Origin: Escherichia coli
GTDB taxonomy: Bacteria > Pseudomonadota > Gammaproteobacteria > Enterobacterales > Enterobacteriaceae
Direction: 5' to 3' (one strand)
Assembly: GCF_024298765.1 (NCBI RefSeq)
Contig: NZ_CP101210.1
DNA length: 64,000 nt
Below, one piece after another: positions 34,539 to 46,801 of this stretch. The notes beneath the pieces are model-generated. The model did no database searches. It was not told the DNA's origin and worked only from the letters and a program-made list of their open reading frames with translations. The stretch's first letter is position 1. Each line of letters opens with the position of its first letter. Position numbers and translations under genes: made by a program.

Positions 34539-37354
34539 CAGGCAAACTTACGTTTTTCACCGTCACCGGCGACGTTGCTGACACAGCGGCCGCAGATTTC
34601 TGCGTGTTCCGCCACCTTGCCGACATCCTGGGTGTAGTGCCAGCAGCGTGGGCACTTCTCACCTTCGGCTTTACTCAACGCGACTTTCAGCCCTTTGAGT
34701 ACTTCGCTCTGCTGAGCATCAGCAGGTGCATCGTTATAGTCTGCAACGGTAGCGCCGGAGGTCAACAGGACAAATCGTAATTCATCGCCCAGCGCGGTCA
34801 GTTTCGCCGCCAGTTCCGGTTCTGCATACAAGGTTACTGCCGCTTCCAGCGAGCCACCCACTTTCTTATCGGCACGCGCTTGCTCAATGACTTTGTTCAC
34901 TTCGCCACGCACTTTCAACAGCTCGTCCCAGAACGCATCGTTCATCGCTTCACTGTCTGCCAGACCAAACAGGCCTTCGTACCACTCACCGGTAAAGACG
35001 TATTTTTCACGTTCGCCCGGCAGATAGCCCCACACTTCATCAGCGGTGAAGGAGAGGATTGGTGCCATCCAGCGCACCAGCGCTTCAGCGATGTGATACA
35101 GCGCAGTCTGGCAGCTACGACGCGCCACGCTGTCCGCTTTGGCGGTATACTGACGGTCTTTGATGATGTCGAGGTAGAAGGAACCCATCTCAACGGAGCA
35201 GAAGCGCATCAGACGCTGTACCACTTCGTGGAAATCGTATGCTTCGTACGCCTTGAGGATGTCTTCCTGTGCCGCTTTCGCACAACCTACGGCCCAGCGA
35301 TCCAGTACCACCATCTCTTCCGGTTTCACCATATCTTTTGCCGGATCAAAACCGTTCAGGTTTGCCAGCAGGAAGCGCGCGGTGTTACGGATACGACGAT
35401 AGCTGTCGGCAGCACGTTTCAGGATCTCGTCAGAAACGGCCATTTCGCCAGTGTAGTCGGTTGATGCCACCCACAGACGCAGAATATCCGCACCCAGTTT
35501 GTTCATCACATCCTGCGGCGAAACGGTGTTACCGATGGATTTAGACATCTTGCGACCCTGACCATCCACGGTAAAGCCGTGAGTCAGTACCTGACGATAT
35601 GGCGCTTTGCCCTTCATCGCGGTAGAGATCATCAGGGAAGACATGAACCAGCCACGGTGTTGGTCAGAACCTTCCAGATACATGTCCGCTGCGTGACCGG
35701 CAAATTCCGGACGCACATCAACAACGGAAGAGTGGGTAGATCCGGAGTCAAACCATACATCCAGCGTATCCGGTACTTTCACATACTGGTCAGCTTCGTC
35801 GCCGAGGATCTCTTTCGCATCGAGATCCCACCACGCCTGAATGCCGTCAACTTCAACGCGTTTTGCCACTTCTTCCATCAGTTCGAGAGTACGCGGATGC
35901 AGTTCTTCTGTGTCTTTGTGCACGAACAGTGACATCGGCACGCCCCAGGTACGCTGACGAGAGATACACCAGTCAGGACGGTTAGCAACCATCGACTCGA
36001 TACGCGCCTGGCCCCAGTCAGGGATCCACTGCACACCTTTGATCTCTTTCAGTGACTGCGCACGCAGACCTTTCTGATCCATGCTGACGAACCACTGCGG
36101 CGTCGCGCGGAAGATGATCGGCGTTTTGTGACGCCAGCAGCACGGATAGCTGTGCTGCATTTTCTCAACGTGCAGCAGCGCGCCTTTTTCCTGCAGCAGC
36201 GCAACGACGATGTCGTTCGCTTTGAAGACGTTCACGCCATCCAGCGTCGGGTAAGTGCCCGGCAGATAAGTGCCGTCCGGGCCAACCGGGTTAGCGGTTT
36301 CCAGACCATATTTTTGACCGATCACATAGTCGTCCGGACCGTGGCCTGGCGCGGTATGAACGGCACCGGTACCGGCATCCAGCGTAACGTGGTCGCCGAG
36401 AATTGCCGGAACATCGAAGTCCATAAACGGATGGGTAAAGCGCAACAGTTCCAGCTCGGCACCTTTCACCGTGCCAAGAATGGTGTAATCGCTAACGCCG
36501 ATACGCTGCATTACGCTTTCAACCAGATCTTTCGCGAGGATCACGGCCTGACCGTCGATTTGCACCAGCGCATAATCAAAATCAGGTGCAATGGAGATTG
36601 CGCGGTTAGCAGGCAGCGTCCACGGCGTGGTGGTCCAGATAACCAGCGAAATTGGGCCGTTAACATTGCTTACGCCAAATTTCGTTTTCAGCGCATCCTG
36701 ATCGACCGCCTGGAAAGCGACGTCGATGGACGGAGAAGTTTTGTCGTAATACTCAACTTCCGCTTCTGCCAGTGCAGAACGGCAGTCAACGCACCAGTGC
36801 ACCGGCTTCGCGCCTTTGTGCAGGTGACCGTTGCCGATGATTTTGCCCAGCGCGCGGATGATGTTGGCTTCAGTTTTGAAGTCCATGGTCAGGTACGGGT
36901 GCGACCAGTCGCCCAGCACGCCCAGACGGATAAAGTCTTTGCGCTGACCGTCAACCTGGGTCGCAGCGTATTCGCGGCACTTGGCGCGGAACTCAGCGGC
37001 GGTGAATTTCTCCCCCGGCTTACCGTATTCTTGCTCTACTTTCAGTTCGATTGGCAGACCATGACAGTCCCAGCCAGGCACATACGGCGAGTCATATCCA
37101 GAAAGCCCTTTGGACTTAATGATAATGTCTTTCAGAATCTTGTTAACCGAGTGACCAATATGAATGCTGCCATTCGCATAAGGAGGGCCATCATGCAGAA
37201 TGAAGGTTTTTTTGCCTTTTTTAGCTGCACGAATGATGCCGTACAGATCATCATCAGTCCAACGCGCCAGCATTCCCGGTTCGCGCTTGGCGAGATCGCC
37301 ACGCATCGGGAACCCTGTTTCCGGCAAATTCAGGGTTGATTTATAGTCACTCAT
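34538..37354 (-). CDS. ileS: Isoleucyl-tRNA synthetase
   Basis: 938-aa ORF with HIGH (HIGH at N-term) and KMSKS motifs. Confidence 0.97.
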
Positions 37355-37396
37355 CAGATTCTCGGTTCCGTATTTCGGTTTGATTACATAACAGGC

Positions 37397-38338
37397 TTAA
37401 GCCGGTTTTGTTAGCCCAAAAAATTCGCGGGCGGTTAATTCATCACGCGCAATCTGCGCTTTCAGTTCGTCCAGCGATGCAAATCGCTGCTCATTGCGTA
37501 TTTTTTTACGCAGCACTACTTGTATATGGCGACCATAAAGGTCCATTGCAACATCTAACAAATGCACTTCCAGTTGCTGGCGAATACCGGCAACCGTTGG
37601 GCGTGTTCCGATGTTTGCAACGCCGGGTAACGGCTTTTCGCCAAGGCCCAACACTTCTACCGCATAAACCCCTTTCACCGGGGAAACCTGACGGCGTAGC
37701 GGTACATTCGCCGTCGGGAAACCTATAGTGCGCCCTAATTCATCACCGTGGACTACACGCCCGGAGATAGCAAACGGGTGCCCCAGTAAACTTTCTGCCA
37801 GAGCCAGATTGTCATCCGCAAGCGCCTGACGCACGGCGGTGCTGCTGATACGCACGCCACCTTCGCAAAAAGTTTGCGTGCTGGTGATATCGAAGCCGTA
37901 TTCCATGCCCGCTTTCTGTAATAACAAGAAATCGCCTTCACGACCAGCGCCAAAGCGGAAATCGTCACCTACGGCAAGAAATTTTACCCGCAAGTGCTTC
38001 ACCAGAAGATCACTGATGAAGTTTTGCGCGGTTAACGCCGCAAAACGCCTGTCAAAACGCACGCACAGCACGTAATCAACACCACACTCTGCAAGATAAC
38101 GCAGTTTTTCCCGCAGCCGGGTGAGCCGTGCCGGGGCTTTATCAGTAGCAAACAGTTCCAGTGGTTGAGGTTCAAAAAGCATCACCATCACCGGTAAGTT
38201 GCGCTTGCGCCCTTCTTCCTGCAAGCCCTGTAACAGCGCGCGATGACCGCGATGCACGCCGTCGAAATTACCAATAGTCAGCACACACCCTTCTTGCGGG
38301 GCCTGGCTGAGATTATGTATGCCGCGTATCAGCTTCAT
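37397..38338 (-). CDS. ribF: Bifunctional riboflavin kinase / FMN adenylyltransferase
   Basis: 313-aa ORF. Confidence 0.95.
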   Translation of the reverse strand: MKLIRGIHNLSQAPQEGCVLTIGNFDGVHRGHRALLQGLQEEGRKRNLPVMVMLFEPQPLELFATDKAPARLTRLREKLRYLAECGVDYVLCVRFDRRFAALTAQNFISDLLVKHLRVKFLAVGDDFRFGAGREGDFLLLQKAGMEYGFDITSTQTFCEGGVRISSTAVRQALADDNLALAESLLGHPFAISGRVVHGDELGRTIGFPTANVPLRRQVSPVKGVYAVEVLGLGEKPLPGVANIGTRPTVAGIRQQLEVHLLDVAMDLYGRHIQVVLRKKIRNEQRFASLDELKAQIARDELTAREFFGLTKPA

Positions 38339-38345
38339 GTCTGGC

Positions 38346-38564
38346 TCAAAACAGTGAAAATCGTCCGAGTATACCTTGTACAGCGGTCAAGGTTAACCGG
38401 CGATTGAGTGCCGAAATCAGAAAGAAGTGGCTTTTCATTGCTATGGCGCAAATCATGGGAAGAAACTGACCGCCTGCTGCAATTTTTCTCGCGGAAAAGC
38501 TGTATTCACACCCCGCAAGCTGGTAGAATCCTGCGCCATCACTACGTAACGAGTGCCGGCACAT
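38346..38564 (-). CDS. yaaY: Small hypothetical protein (72 aa); weak call
   Basis: ORF at the position of annotated yaaY in the ribF-rpsT divergent region; no functional evidence. Confidence 0.3.
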   Translation of the reverse strand: MCRHSLRSDGAGFYQLAGCEYSFSARKIAAGGQFLPMICAIAMKSHFFLISALNRRLTLTAVQGILGRFSLF

Positions 38565-38645
38565 TAACGGCGCTTATTTGCACAAATCCATTGACAAAAG
38601 AAGGCTAAAAGGGCATATTCCTCGGCCTTTGAATTGTCCATATAG

Positions 38646-38930
<285 letters not shown>

Positions 38931-38953
38931 TTGCCTGTTGTTGTCAGCTTTGT

Positions 38954-38981
38954 AAAAAAACCCGCTCTGGCGGGTTTTTTT
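38954..38981. terminator. Bidirectional rho-independent terminator between convergent rpsT and nhaR
   Basis: AAAAAAACCCGCTCTGGCGGGTTTTTTT: stem flanked by A-run and T-run. Confidence 0.8.
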
Positions 38982-39025
38982 ATATCCATCTGCAGGCCAA
39001 AATTCGGCCTGCAAAGTACAAATGT

Positions 39026-39931
39026 TTATTTTGAAGCTGGAGTAAACAGCGCAGAATAGTCTGTATTGCAGATACGCTGTACTGCAGGGTGCTGAATCAT
39101 CCTTTCGGCAAAAATCGCGTGGTACTCTTCCATCACGTTCTCAACACGGCCTATCTCCACAACCGAGTCATCGTTATAGAAATCATTAGCGTAAAGCGAA
39201 GGTGCAACGAAAATAGCGTTATGCGTCGCCCCAAAGGCTTTCATCAACGCAGCATCATCAAACTCACCCAAAATTTCGACGTTCAAGCCCTGGGAGTTAA
39301 ACCAGTTTAATAGCTTACGCCCCAACATTGAGCGACGCCCCGGAATAAGTAAACGACGCTCTTCAAGACAGGCAGGAAACGGCTTTTCTGGTAGTGGGTT
39401 AGTGCACCAGAAACTGACACCACATTCGCCAATTTTCATGGAAAACAGCCCTTCCTGCTGAGTGGAATCGATCGGACAGTCAGAGATGATCATATCCAGT
39501 TTATGCTGACTCAACTGCTCTAAAAGCATCTCGTGCGTCGATTCGAAACAGCGTAGATGGATCTGCTCGTCTTCCACAACTGCGGCATCCAGAACACTGC
39601 TGACCAGACGTTTGGAAAGTGCATCTGCCACACCAACATCAAACAATAAGTTGGATTCTTTGCGATAGTTCACGATATCCAGCATTTCCTGGCTTAAGGT
39701 GAACATTTTATCGGCATAGCGATAGACCAGCTCTCCCAGCTCGCTGGGCTCGAGGCCACGTCCCTTGCGCTTAAATAATTTGCCTTGCAGGCGCTCTTCC
39801 AGCGCCCGAATCTGTCCGGTAATGGTTTGTGGTGTTAAATAAAGCGCCTCCGCTGCGCCAACCACGGAACCTTCTTTATAGACATGCCAGAAGTAATACA
39901 AGTGGTTGTAATTGATATGAGACATGCTCAT
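39026..39931 (-). CDS. nhaR: LysR-family transcriptional activator of nhaA
   Basis: 301 aa from ATG at 39931 ([15 protein letters not shown]). Confidence 0.93.
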   Translation of the reverse strand: MSMSHINYNHLYYFWHVYKEGSVVGAAEALYLTPQTITGQIRALEERLQGKLFKRKGRGLEPSELGELVYRYADKMFTLSQEMLDIVNYRKESNLLFDVGVADALSKRLVSSVLDAAVVEDEQIHLRCFESTHEMLLEQLSQHKLDMIISDCPIDSTQQEGLFSMKIGECGVSFWCTNPLPEKPFPACLEERRLLIPGRRSMLGRKLLNWFNSQGLNVEILGEFDDAALMKAFGATHNAIFVAPSLYANDFYNDDSVVEIGRVENVMEEYHAIFAERMIQHPAVQRICNTDYSALFTPASK

Positions 39932-39990
39932 TTCTCTCCCTGATAACAATGAAAAGGGAGCCGTTTATGGCTCCCCGGTAAACCGTCCTG

Positions 39991-41157
39991 TCAAACTGAT
40001 GGACGCAAACGAACGCGTAACCAGCTGTATCCAATTACCGCCGAAGAGATAGAACCGACCAGGATACCGAGTTTCGCCCAGTTAATCAGTTCTGGATCTA
40101 CGCTACCAAAGGCCAGGCTGGCAATAAAGATAGACATAGTAAAACCGATACCGCACAGGATCCCCACCGCCATAATTTGCTGATAAGTCGTTCCCTCAGG
40201 CAGATGCGCCAGTTTCAAACGCAGCGCCAACCAGCAGAACAGACTAATCCCCAGCGGTTTGCCAATCAGCAAGCCAGCGATGATCCCCAATGGCAGAATG
40301 GAGGTCAAGCCATCCAGCGTGACGCCTTGCAGTGAAACGCCAGCATTAGCAAATGCAAACAGCGGTAAAATCAGATACGCCACCCACGGGTGCAACACAT
40401 GCTCCAGTCGCTTCGCTGGAGAACGCCCATGCTTCTCTTTCAAAGGAATAAAGAAGCCGACAATTACCCCCGCCAGGGTTGCGTGAACCCCCGATTTCAA
40501 CACCGCAGTCCACAACACCACGCCAACCAGAATATAGACGCCCGTGCGGCGTACACCACACAGATTCAATACCGCGAGTACCGCAATTGCTACAGCCGCG
40601 ACGCCAAGAGAGGCCATCGATAAGTCATTAGTGTAGAACAATGCGATGATAATGATGGCCCCAAGATCGTCGATAATAGCCAGAGCCATCAAAAAGATCT
40701 TCAGGGCTAACGGAACACGACTTCCCAACAGCGCCAGCACACCAAGTGCAAAAGCAATGTCAGTAGCCGCCGGGATCGCCCACCCTTCGCGGGTAATCGG
40801 ATCGGCATGGTTAAAGGCCAGATAGAGTAATGCCGGCACAATCATCCCACCAATAGCGGCGATAACTGGAAATGCAGCCTGGCGTAAGCTGGCTAGCGAT
40901 CCTTGCATCAGTTCACGTTTAACTTCCAGACCGACTAACAGGAAAAATACCGCCATCAGCGCGTCATTTATCCATAACAGCATGTTTTTGTTGATTTCGA
41001 GTGAACCAACCCGGAGCTGAACCGGCGTCTCCAGAAAGTCGTGATACCATCCACTGGTTGCGCCGCTGTTGGCCATAATCATCGCCAGGATAGCGGCAAT
41101 GATAAGAATAATGCCTCCCGAGGCATCACTGCTAAAGAATCGATGCAGATGTTTCAC
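39991..41157 (-). CDS. nhaA: Na+/H+ antiporter NhaA
   Basis: 388-aa polytopic membrane ORF. Confidence 0.95.
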   Translation of the reverse strand: MKHLHRFFSSDASGGIILIIAAILAMIMANSGATSGWYHDFLETPVQLRVGSLEINKNMLLWINDALMAVFFLLVGLEVKRELMQGSLASLRQAAFPVIAAIGGMIVPALLYLAFNHADPITREGWAIPAATDIAFALGVLALLGSRVPLALKIFLMALAIIDDLGAIIIIALFYTNDLSMASLGVAAVAIAVLAVLNLCGVRRTGVYILVGVVLWTAVLKSGVHATLAGVIVGFFIPLKEKHGRSPAKRLEHVLHPWVAYLILPLFAFANAGVSLQGVTLDGLTSILPLGIIAGLLIGKPLGISLFCWLALRLKLAHLPEGTTYQQIMAVGILCGIGFTMSIFIASLAFGSVDPELINWAKLGILVGSISSAVIGYSWLRVRLRPSV

Positions 41158-41639
41158 TTTTTATTTCTCTTTCAGGTGAATAGATCGTTTTTACTATCTT
41201 ACCCCGCACGAATCATCGTTAAAATCAGATTATAGTGTAGGAATAATTCGCTTTTTACGAGGCATTGAAAGATTTGCGTCATCAGTGATGATATGAGTTT
41301 TTGACGGCTGTAAGCGCTGACGTGTGACCCTAAGCCCTGATAATCATAGCTTAAGGTAAGGATTTCTGAGGGATTAATTGGGAAAAGTAATAATTAATTT
41401 GTTGTCAGTCGGCGATGTTTGTTAGGCCAATACTTCAAAAATAATCCAGTTTGTCGTCAATAATTGCGATGAAGAGATAAATTAAAGTTAAATAATTAAA
41501 TCATTAAAAAATTACGCCATAAAAATGCGAGGCGTCTTCAGGATTAGAATCGATAAAACAGAATGGGTTAAAGAGAGCGATATAATAGCGGCGGGTGCTT
41601 GAGGCTGTCTGTCTCAGGCATTAGCTGAACGGCAGATAG

Positions 41640-41694
41640 AGAAAAGCCCCGAGTGATATTTTACTATCAACCCGAGGCCCCCTATATGCAGAAC
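41640..41694 (-). ncRNA. sokC: sokC antisense RNA (position inferred from K-12 annotation relative to mokC)
   Basis: Placed by synteny opposite the mokC 5' end; boundaries not verifiable from sequence alone. Confidence 0.35.
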
Positions 41695-41895
41695 ACATGT
41701 AGAGTGCCTCTTACTGACCGTAAGGTCAAGGAGAAGAGAGCAATGAAGCAGCATAAGGCGATGATTGTCGCCCTGATCGTCATCTGTATCACCGCCGTAG
41801 TAGCGGCGCTGGTAACGAGAAAAGACCTCTGTGAGGTTCACATCCGAACTGGCCAGACGGAGGTTGCTGTTTTCACGGCTTACGAATCCGAGTAA
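41686..41895 (+). CDS. mokC: MokC, overlapping reading frame that couples hokC translation
   Basis: ATG at 41686 (MQNTCRVPLTDRKVKEKRA) reading through into the hokC frame. Confidence 0.7.
   Translation: MQNTCRVPLTDRKVKEKRAMKQHKAMIVALIVICITAVVAALVTRKDLCEVHIRTGQTEVAVFTAYESE
41743..41895 (+). CDS. hokC: Hok-family type I toxin HokC (Gef)
   Basis: 50-aa ORF MKQHKAMIVALIVICITAVVAALVTRKDLCEVHIRTGQTEVAVFTAYESE. Confidence 0.88.
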   Translation: MKQHKAMIVALIVICITAVVAALVTRKDLCEVHIRTGQTEVAVFTAYESE

Positions 41896-41967
41896 GAGCA
41901 ACGGCGGGGAGTGATTCCCGCCACTTTTCAGGTGCTCGCATATCTTCAACGCACCCTGGTTTTACCC

Positions 41968-41995
41968 AGGCCTGCCCACGGGCAGGCTTTTGGGG
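41968..41995 (+). terminator. Terminator hairpin downstream of hokC
   Basis: GCCTGCCCACGGGCAGGC followed by TTTTGGGG. Confidence 0.55.
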
Positions 41996-41998
41996 AGG

Positions 41999-43129
41999 TT
42001 AGCGGGTCAGGTCGTCAAAAAACTTCTTCACACCATCAAAGAAGCTCTTTGAGCGCGGGCTGTTGTGCTCGCCGGTTGGGCCACCGAAGCTTTCTTGCAG
42101 CTCTTGCAGCAGCTGTTTCTGCTTCTCGTTCAGGCCTACCGGTGTTTCGACGACAACGCGGCACAGCAAATCACCCTGTGCGCCACCGCGGACAGACTTG
42201 ACGCCTTTACCGCGCATACGGAACAGCTTACCGGTCTGGGTTTCGCCAGGCACTTTCAGTTTGACGCGACCATCAAGGGTCGGTACTTCGATTTCGCCAC
42301 CCAGCGCCGCCATAGCGAAGTTGATCGGGACTTCGCAATACAGGTTGTTACCTTCACGCTCGAAAATCGGGTGCTGTTTAACCTGAACCTGAACGTACAG
42401 ATCGCCTGCCGGTGCGCCATGCTCGCCCGCTTCACCTTCGCCCGCAAGACGGATGCGGTCTCCAGTGTCCACCCCTGCCGGGATTTTAACGGACAGCGTT
42501 TTGCTGCGCTCAACACGACCATGACCATGACATTTGTTGCACGGATCTTTGATCAGCGTACCGCGGCCCTGACAGTGTGGACAGGTCTGCTGCACGGCAA
42601 AGAAACCCTGGCGCATCTGCACCTGACCAGAACCATGACAGGTCGGACAGGTCTGCGGCTGTGTACCTGGTTTTGCACCGCTACCGTGGCAAACGTCACA
42701 CTCTTCCAGAGTCGGAATGCGGATCTCTTTGGTCACGCCACGTACAGCTTCTTCGAGGGTGAGCTCCATGTTATAGCGTAAATCAGCACCGCGCGCCGCA
42801 CGTTGACGACCACGTCCGCCGCCAAAAATATCGCCGAAAACGTCACCAAAAATATCGCTGAAGTCTGCGCCGCCGCCAAAACCGCCGCCGCCCATGCCGC
42901 CTTGATCAAACGCAGCATGACCATACTGATCGTATGCCGCACGTTTTTGCGAGTCGGTCAGAACTTCATAAGCTTCCTTGATCTCTTTAAATTTCGCCTC
43001 GGCCTCTTTGTCACCCTGGTTACGGTCCGGGTGGTATTTCATGGCCAGGCGTTTGTAGGCCTTTTTGATTTCACGCTCTTCCGCTGTTTTGGAAACGCCT
43101 AAAATCTCGTAATAATCTTGCTTAGCCAT
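41999..43129 (-). CDS. dnaJ: Chaperone DnaJ (Hsp40)
   Basis: 376 aa from ATG at 43129 ([12 protein letters not shown]), G/F-rich region and four CxxCxGxG zinc motifs. Confidence 0.97.
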   Translation of the reverse strand: MAKQDYYEILGVSKTAEEREIKKAYKRLAMKYHPDRNQGDKEAEAKFKEIKEAYEVLTDSQKRAAYDQYGHAAFDQGGMGGGGFGGGADFSDIFGDVFGDIFGGGRGRQRAARGADLRYNMELTLEEAVRGVTKEIRIPTLEECDVCHGSGAKPGTQPQTCPTCHGSGQVQMRQGFFAVQQTCPHCQGRGTLIKDPCNKCHGHGRVERSKTLSVKIPAGVDTGDRIRLAGEGEAGEHGAPAGDLYVQVQVKQHPIFEREGNNLYCEVPINFAMAALGGEIEVPTLDGRVKLKVPGETQTGKLFRMRGKGVKSVRGGAQGDLLCRVVVETPVGLNEKQKQLLQELQESFGGPTGEHNSPRSKSFFDGVKKFFDDLTR

Positions 43130-43217
43130 CTTTTTTAAATTGCCCCTAGATGAATGCACGGGCGGAGAGGAAATACCCCTTCGCCCGTGTCAGTATAATT
43201 ACCCGTTTATAGGGCGA

Positions 43218-45134
43218 TTATTTTTTGTCTTTGACTTCTTCAAATTCAGCGTCGACAACATCGTCATCTTTCGCGTTGTTTGCAGAAGCATCAGCACCGG
43301 CAGTCTGCTGCTGGGCATGTTGCTGCTGGGCGATTTCCATCAGTTTCTGGGAAACCTGTGCCAGTTCCTGCATTTTCGCTTCGATAGCGGCTTTGTCTTC
43401 ACCTTTCAGAGCAGTTTCCAGTGCAGTCAGTGCAGACTCGATAGCAGTTTTGTCGTCAGCCGGCAGTTTGTCGCCCGCTTCTTCAACCTGCTTACGGGTG
43501 CTGTGCAGCAGATGGTCGCCCTGGTTGCGAGTCTGTACCAGCTCTTCAAACTTACGGTCAGCTTCGGCGTTAGCTTCTGCGTCGCGTACCATTTTCTGGA
43601 TTTCATCTTCGTTCAGACCAGAAGAAGCCTTGATGGTGATCTTCTGCTCTTTACCGCTGTTTTTATCTTTCGCGGAAACGTGCAGGATACCGTCAGCATC
43701 GATATCGAAGGTAACTTCGATCTGCGGCATGCCGCGCGGTGCCGGGTTGATACCATCCAGGTTGAACTGACCCAGAGATTTGTTATCAGCTGCACGTTTA
43801 CGTTCACCCTGCAGCACGTGGATGGTTACCGCAGACTGGTTGTCTTCAGCGGTAGAGAACACCTGGCTGTGCTTGGTCGGGATAGTGGTGTTTTTCGCGA
43901 TCAGCGTCGTCATCACACCGCCCATGGTTTCGATACCCAGAGACAGCGGGGTAACGTCCAGCAGCAGTACGTCTTTTACGTCACCAGTCAGAACACCACC
44001 CTGAACAGCAGCACCGATTGCTACAGCTTCGTCCGGGTTAACGTCTTTACGCGGCTCTTTACCAAAGAACTCAGCAACTTTCTTCTGAACCATTGGCATA
44101 CGAGTCTGACCACCAACGAGGATAACGTCGTCGATATCAGATACGGACAGGCCAGCGTCCTGCAGTGCAACTTTCAGCGGCTCAATGGAACGGTTTACCA
44201 GATCTTCAACCAGGCTTTCCAGTTTCGCACGAGTCACTTTGATGTTCATGTGTTTCGGACCGGTCGCGTCTGCAGTGATGTACGGCAGGTTAACGTCGGT
44301 CTGCTGAGCGGAAGACAGCTCGATTTTCGCTTTTTCTGCCGCTTCTTTCAGGCGCTGCATTGCCAGCGGATCGTTGCGCAGGTCAATGCCCTGATCTTTC
44401 TTGAATTCTTCAACCAGGTAGTTGATCAGACGGCTGTCGAAGTCTTCACCACCCAGGTGGGTATCACCGTTGGTTGCCAGAACTTCGAAGGTTTTTTCGC
44501 CGTCAACTTCGTCGATTTCGATAATAGAAATATCGAAAGTACCACCACCCAGGTCATAAACCGCGATAGTACGGTTGCCAGTACCTTTGTCCAGACCGTA
44601 AGCCAGCGCAGCTGCGGTCGGTTCGTTGATGATACGTTTTACTTCCAGACCAGCGATACGGCCTGCGTCTTTGGTTGCCTGACGCTGAGCATCGTTAAAG
44701 TATGCCGGTACGGTGATAACAGCTTCAGTTACCGGTTCACCCAGGTAATCTTCAGCGGTTTTCTTCATTTTTTTCAGCACTTCAGCAGAGATCTGCGGCG
44801 GTGCCATTTTCTGGCCTTTAACTTCGACCCATGCGTCGCCGTTATCAGCAGCAATAATTTTGAACGGCATGATGGAAACATCACGCTGTACTTCTTCGTC
44901 CTGGAAGCGGCGGCCAATCAGGCGTTTAATCGCAAACAGGGTGTTTTGCGGGTTCGTCACTGCCTGACGTTTAGCCGGCTGACCAACCAGAGTTTCACCA
45001 TCCTGGGTATAGGCAATGATAGAAGGCGTGGTGCGATCGCCTTCGGCGTTCTCCAGTACACGAGGAGTGGTGCCATCCATAATCGCTACACAAGAGTTGG
45101 TAGTACCCAGGTCGATACCAATTATTTTACCCAT
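43218..45134 (-). CDS. dnaK: Chaperone DnaK (Hsp70)
   Basis: 638-aa [20 protein letters not shown]. Confidence 0.98.
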
Positions 45135-45254
45135 CTAAACGTCTCCACTATATATTCGGTCATCATGTGGTTGTGAGTCTGTAATAGGGGCGAAACGTCT
45201 GGTTTCAACTGCCCAATTTCATTTTTTTGCAGACTCACTCACTGCGGTTGACTA

Positions 45255-45290
45255 CTAAATGGGGTCGTAACCCACGTCATCAAGGGGGAG
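45255..45290 (-). promoter_or_regulatory. Sigma-32 heat-shock promoter (dnaK P1)
   Basis: Minus strand CCCCCTTGATGA-N-CCCCATTTA matches the sigma-32 -35/-10 consensus. Confidence 0.7.
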
Positions 45291-45509
45291 ATGCAAAAAT
45301 TTTTTGTGCTTTTGCGCAGAAATTTCGCGATATGCCAGAACAAGACATGAAACTGACAGCAATTTTATTCATATAGAGAATGAATAGCAGACAAGACATT
45401 CATAGAAAAATTGTAATAAAAAGAAAATATTACGTACCTGAATCTTCTCTTTATCAGCAGTAAACTAGTGGGTATTCATCCCCTACCTCTCCCCACTAAG
45501 AGAATCCTT

Positions 45510-45914
45510 ATGAAATCCGTTTTTACGCTTTCCGCCAGCCTGGCGATTAGCCTGCTGCTGTGCTGCACGGCGCAGGCAAACGACCATAAAATCCTCGGCG
45601 TCATTGCAATGCCACGTAACGAAACCAACGATCTGGCGCTGAAACTTCCTGTTTGCCGAATTGTTAAACGCATACAACTCTCAGCCGACCATGGCGATTT
45701 ACAGTTAAGCGGTGCATCGGTTTATTTCAAAGCCGCCCGTAGCGCCAGTCAGACCCTGAATATTCCTTCAGAAATAAAAGAAGGGCAAACCACTGACTGG
45801 ATCAACATTAACAGCGATAACGACAATAAACGCTGCGTCTCAAAAATCACCTTTTCTGGTCATACGGTGAACTCATCGGATATGGCCACGCTGAAAATTA
45901 TCGGCGACGACTAA
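45510..45914 (+). CDS. yaaI: Secreted hypothetical protein (DUF2541 family)
   Basis: 134 aa from ATG at 45510 with signal peptide ([23 protein letters not shown]). Confidence 0.85.
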   Translation: MKSVFTLSASLAISLLLCCTAQANDHKILGVIAMPRNETNDLALKLPVCRIVKRIQLSADHGDLQLSGASVYFKAARSASQTLNIPSEIKEGQTTDWININSDNDNKRCVSKITFSGHTVNSSDMATLKIIGDD

Positions 45915-45939
45915 CGCCAGAATATAGAAGCCACAAAAA

Positions 45940-46653
45940 ATGAATGTTAATTACCTGAATGATTCAGATCTGGATTTTCTCCAGCATTGTAGTGAGGAAC
46001 AATTGGCAAATTTCGCCCGATTGCTCACCCATAATGAAAAAGGCAAAACTCGCCTCTCCAGCGTACTGATGCGCAACGAACTGTTTAAATCGATGGAGGG
46101 ACATCCCGAGCAACATCGCCGCAACTGGCAGCTGATTGCCGGAGAATTACAGCATTTTGGTGGCGATAGTATCGCCAACAAACTGCGTGGACACGGTAAA
46201 TTGTATCGGGCCATTTTGCTCGATGTTTCAAAGCGATTGAAGCTGAAAGCCGACAAAGAGATGTCTACGTTTGAGATTGAGCAACAGTTACTGGAACAAT
46301 TTCTGCGTAACACCTGGAAGAAAATGGACGAGGAACATAAGCAGGAGTTTCTGCACGCGGTCGATGCCAGGGTGAATGAGCTGGAAGAGCTGCTGCCGCT
46401 GCTGATGAAAGACAAATTATTGGCAAAAGGCGTGTCGCATTTGCTTTCCAGCCAATTGACCCGCATTTTACGCACCCACGCAGCAATGAGCGTACTTGGG
46501 CATGGTTTGCTGCGCGGCGCGGGTCTGGGAGGCCCTGTAGGCGCGGCACTAAATGGGGTTAAAGCGGTCAGCGGCATTGCCTATCGCGTGACAATTCCAG
46601 CCGTACTGCAAATCGCCTGCCTGCGCCGGATGGTTAGTGCCACTCAGGTCTGA
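45940..46653 (+). CDS. yaaW: Hypothetical protein YaaW
   Basis: 237-aa ORF. Confidence 0.85.
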   Translation: MNVNYLNDSDLDFLQHCSEEQLANFARLLTHNEKGKTRLSSVLMRNELFKSMEGHPEQHRRNWQLIAGELQHFGGDSIANKLRGHGKLYRAILLDVSKRLKLKADKEMSTFEIEQQLLEQFLRNTWKKMDEEHKQEFLHAVDARVNELEELLPLLMKDKLLAKGVSHLLSSQLTRILRTHAAMSVLGHGLLRGAGLGGPVGAALNGVKAVSGIAYRVTIPAVLQIACLRRMVSATQV

Positions 46654-46801
46654 TACCGGAAACCGGGGAAAATTTTCATTTTCCCCTCAAAAGATCGTAG
46701 ACACTGCCCCACTGGCTGATTATTATGCCGCGCCCTGAAAACACTACAGTTATTCAGGGAAATTATTTCACCATTCATTCGATGATGATTTTTGAGGAAT
46801 T

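Noticed and set aside
36128-37339. 403-aa plus-strand ORF
   Set aside because: Antisense to ileS; no independent signal
43140-45176. 678-aa ORF on the plus strand
   Set aside because: It lies entirely antisense to dnaK; Cys/Phe/Val/Arg-rich low-complexity translation is typical of a stop-free antisense frame of a highly expressed gene, not a real gene
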